Shown one piece after another: positions 60,290 through 64,000 of a DNA stretch of 64,000 nucleotides. Every line of letters begins with the position of its first letter. Within the stretch, counting starts at the first letter, position 1. The stretch comes from the human T2T-CHM13v2.0 reference genome, Homo sapiens, in NCBI RefSeq assembly GCF_009914755.1, contig NC_060947.1, one strand, 5' to 3'. The translations under genes and the position numbers were made by a program. A model generated the notes under the pieces. That model did not search any database. It was not told the origin of the DNA and worked only from the letters and a program-made list of their open reading frames with translations.

Positions 60290-63200
60290 GATGAAAGATG
60301 GGAGGCATTGTTAGCATTCCTCTCCCACTTGGAAAGACAAAATTGTGACAGGATAACTGAAAGAAACGACAGACCCTTTGAAAGAAGTGGCAGGCTGCAT
60401 TCCATACCATGAGCCCAGTGGGAATACTGTAAGACCCCAGAGTGTGAGAGGGGGATAATTTGCCTCCAAAATATACATTTTTACTAGGGAACCTGGCCAT
60501 CCAGGCCATGGTGGAAGTCCTTAACCCTACCCAGCGCTGGAACTGATTTGGGAAGCACTGGGGAATATAAAAGTAGGAGCAGCAGTGAGAAGAGCCTTCC
60601 ATGCATTTCCAGTCTCCAGCATTGACAGAGGGAAACAATTCCTGATCCTACCTCACAGAGGACTTCACAGAAGTCTGCCGGCGAACTCAGACTGTGGTCA
60701 CGTGTTGAGAGAAGATCCCAAGTGAAATTCACAATATAATCTTAAGTGGGGATGAACTCCCCTTGCCAGGACTGTGGGGAGAATGGGAAGTATGTTGTAG
60801 CCATAAGTGCAGAAGCTGGTGTCCTTCGCTTTGCAGGCTGACTGGGAGGGGCATGGTTTGAAGGCTGTGGTTGCTGTTTCTGTAGGGAAGGTTGATGTCC
60901 TGGGACAGTTTTGAGTTCTGAGTTCAGACTGCCTGAAACTTAGTGAGTTGTTGCTCCTGGAACACTGCAGGTGTGTGATATTCCTTGCCAAGTGCATAGG
61001 AGCTGGGCAGGGTTTACAGATGCCTGCTACTCCCCACTTTCTGTGTGAACTCTTCTGTGCAACAGAGGCAGCTGTGCTCCTCCCTGGATCATTACTCCAA
61101 CAGCCAGAGAACTAAACCTACCCCCACCCCGTGAAACCCCACTGAGGCCTCTGCTTGCCCTGCATATGGAAATCCAGAGTGTGGACCTGCCTGACCCAGC
61201 CCCCCGAATGGCTTTTCCTGTCCAACATTCCTGGTAACTAAACACAAAGGACAGAAACTTTTGGGGTCCTTATGGCCACACCCATTGCCTGAGAATCAGA
61301 GTAACTCCCCTGAGTAATATAAGGCAAGCACAAATCCCACTGCTGCTACCACTGTAGCTGGTGCTGTTTTTCAAGTGCCACCTCCTGGCTGTAAGCCTAC
61401 CGATAATGTCTGTTACAGTATCTCCAGGTAGAATAACACAAAACCCAGGAAGGAGAAAATTTGTGTGTGATCTCAGCTATCACCATTACCTGCAGCACCG
61501 TGGCTAATAAGAGGTCTTGAGTCTGTCCACGTGACTAGTCCATTCCTACTACAACTGGCATTTGAGAAAGCCAACACAGTAAGGCTATTTATAACCAAGG
61601 AATCTCACAGAGTCTATGTAACTCTCCTGTCACCCCTATCAGAGCTGGTGCTGGTACCTGCTACTGGGAGACTTGAGGACAGGTCACATCTCTGGGTTCC
61701 TTGTAGACATTCCTCATTCCTCAGCACCAGCCTGGAGTGTGGCAGCCCCACCAAGCGGCTAGACCCAGAGGAGCAGCAGCATTCACAGTAGTCTTACTTT
61801 CAGAGATTCTGACTCCCAGGGGAAGGGGTAGTATAGGACACCAAGGGAACACCCCCTGGGACAAAAGAATCTGGACAACAGGCCTGAGTCTCAGAACTTT
61901 TTAAAAAATTTCCATTAACTGTATTTTATTTTGAAGAACAATTGGTTCCTAGGAAACTAACAGGGGAAAGATAATATTACGTAGGGGAAAAGGAAATAGT
62001 GTCAATTTAGGACATAGAGAACCTTGGGTTTGAATGCCAGCCACCAGTCACTGGGGGAGCAGTTGTGGTGGGGGAGCAGTTGTGGTTGGGAAGCTTAGCC
62101 AGGATGCAATCTTTGTGAGCCTCAGTTTCTCTTCATGTAAAAAGACAATAGATACAAAGAATCTGCAGAATACTTATAAGTAAGACAGATTATTTAGGTA
62201 AAGCACATAGCATGCAGTCTAATACAAAGTAGGTATTCAACAAAGAGTAGCTACTAATATTTTAAGACGACACTTAAGAACATTATATTTTTAATAACAC
62301 ACCTAAAACTTACATGACATACTTTTGAGAAAAGATGAATAATAGTGAAAGCAGCTTACCAAATATGAACCCACAGCAACCTATATTATTTTCCTACTTC
62401 CCCCAACCCTCAGAACTTACTGTTGGTGGGAAATTTCTTTCAGCAGAGGCACAGGTGTATTGCCAGGCTCAGCAGGAATAATCTGCAGCTCCATAATAAC
62501 AGACAGGCAGCCCTTGTGCTCATGAAGGGTCTTGTAGAAGGGGTTGTCTTTTTCTCCCTCATCCACCACTGCAGACACAGTGGGGACTTCTCCCATGGAG
62601 GTCAGCATCGGTGCACCTACACACAGCCTTTCCAAAGCACTTCAGGGTGACTGCATCCCCACAGAAATAGTGCCCTTCAGGTTCAGGCTTGCATGAAGAG
62701 TAGAGTCACAGTTCCTCTCTACTTGGAACATCAACATTCTTCCAGATAAAAAGAAGTGCCTCTCTGATCTGAATAGCCAGAAAACTGGGTCAGGAGTGTG
62801 ACTGGGAAGTGGATTGCCTTCCTGCTGGCCTGTCAGGGGAGCTGAGGTGGCTCCCATCCTTCCCCCTGATTATACCTCAGTGATTTCACTGAGAGCTCTC
62901 CCAGCCACCTCTATCAAGTCTGGGACCTCTACTCACCATTGGGTATTGCATTTACACACCTGCTTTAGCCACAACCAATTTCTGCCTAGGGACACCTCAC
63001 CTACTGGACTGAAGCTTAACCTATTGAGCCCAGTAAATAAAATACTGGGGCAAATAAATTAATTAATTGATCAATTAATTAATGCACACCATGAAGGAAC
63101 AAGATAATCTTCAAGAGACCATTCCTGTTAAAACACCATAGGAGACAGTGAACTTGCTTACACACTGAGCACAGTGCTACTACAACCAGCATCTGAGAAA

Positions 63201-64000
63201 GCCATGATAAAAAGATTCTCTATAAGCAAGGAACTCATACAGATTTACCTCTGAAAGCATCAAGAGCTGAATTAGATTACAATAAACTATAAACATTAAC
63301 GTCATATTCTTAAGTGGGGAAAAGAGATTAAAAAAACAGTTAATTCAAAAATAAATTCAAGAATAATTAGAAGAAATAGTCTACCCAAATGAGAAAAATC
63401 AGAAAAATAATTCTGGCAATATGACAAAAGATAGTTCTGTAACACCTCCATCAATAGATCCATACCAAGATAAAATATTTGAAATGCTACATAAAGAATT
63501 AAAAAGGTTGATTATTAAGCTACTAAAAGAGGTACAAGAAAAATGTGGAAATCAACAAAAAGAAAAAAGAATTCAGGATATGAATGAAAAATTTTCTAGA
63601 AATAAATATTCCAATGAAAAACCAATCAGAACTTCTGGAAATGAAAGACACATTTAGGGAATTACAAAATGCAGTAGAAACTTTTAACAATAGACTAGAC
63701 CAAGTAGAAAAAAATAATTTCAGAGCTCAAAGACAAGACATTAGAATTAACCCAATAAGACTAAAATAAAGAAAAAAATGAAATGAACAAAGTCTCCAAG
63801 TAATATGGGATTATGTACAATGGCCAAACCTAAGACACACAGGTGTACCTGAAGGAGAAGAGAAAGGAAAATCTTTGGAAAACATATGTGAGGGAATAAT
63901 TGAAGAAAACATCATTGTTTGCTAGAGATTTAGATATCCAAATAAAAGAATCTCAAATAACTCCTGGGAGATTCATTGCAATAAGGACATCACCAAGACA
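60290..64000 (+). mobile_element. Old L1 (L1PB/L1MA-type) long 5'UTR plus decayed ORF1, running off the window
   Basis: Start 'aagatgggaggcattgttagcattcctctcccacttgga'; 'gggacaaaagaatctg'; ORF1 start 'tagtctacccaaatgagaa' at 63389 with 'MTK..S.TPP..DP.QD.I.E...KE.KRLIIKLLKE' and 'WDYVQWPNLR' remnants. Confidence 0.85.
62000..62260 (+). mobile_element. MIR within an insert in the L1 5'UTR
   Basis: 'ccttgggtttgaatgccag', 'ctttgtgagcctcagtttctcttcatgtaaaa', 'taaagcacatagcat...gtaggtattcaacaaagagtagctacta'. Confidence 0.8.

Noticed and set aside
59902-63062. Cluster of 70-120-aa ORFs on both strands
   Set aside because: Almost all lie in the GC-richer old L1 5'UTR, where stops are rarer; no recognisable domains.

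Overview
AT-rich primate (most likely human) genomic DNA, intronic or intergenic and dominated by transposable elements. I recognise no host protein-coding exon, RNA gene or CRISPR-like array. Every long ORF in the track maps to LINE-1 (ORF1, ORF2, antisense ORF0) or is chance or antisense reading of repeats. Main contents: a full-length but disabled L1PA3-type element (47047-53220, minus strand, 16-bp TSD); a twin-primed inverted L1PA inside an MLT1 LTR; several older L1PA/L1PB/L1M fragments with nested insertions; two Alus; MIR and L2 relics; MaLR LTRs; a decayed ERVL gag-pro-pol; Tigger and hAT DNA transposons; microsatellites; and a ~1-kb AT island. I do not find a new biological system. 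The observations most worth checking are retrotransposition and recombination footprints: a probable ancient L1 3' transduction (41368-43164), a TSD-flanked MIR-bearing insert inside a younger L1 5'UTR (61890-62418), and an identical ORF2 nonsense mutation in two L1 copies 20 kb apart. Subfamily names come from recalled consensus motifs, not a database search, and boundaries of old repeats are approximate.
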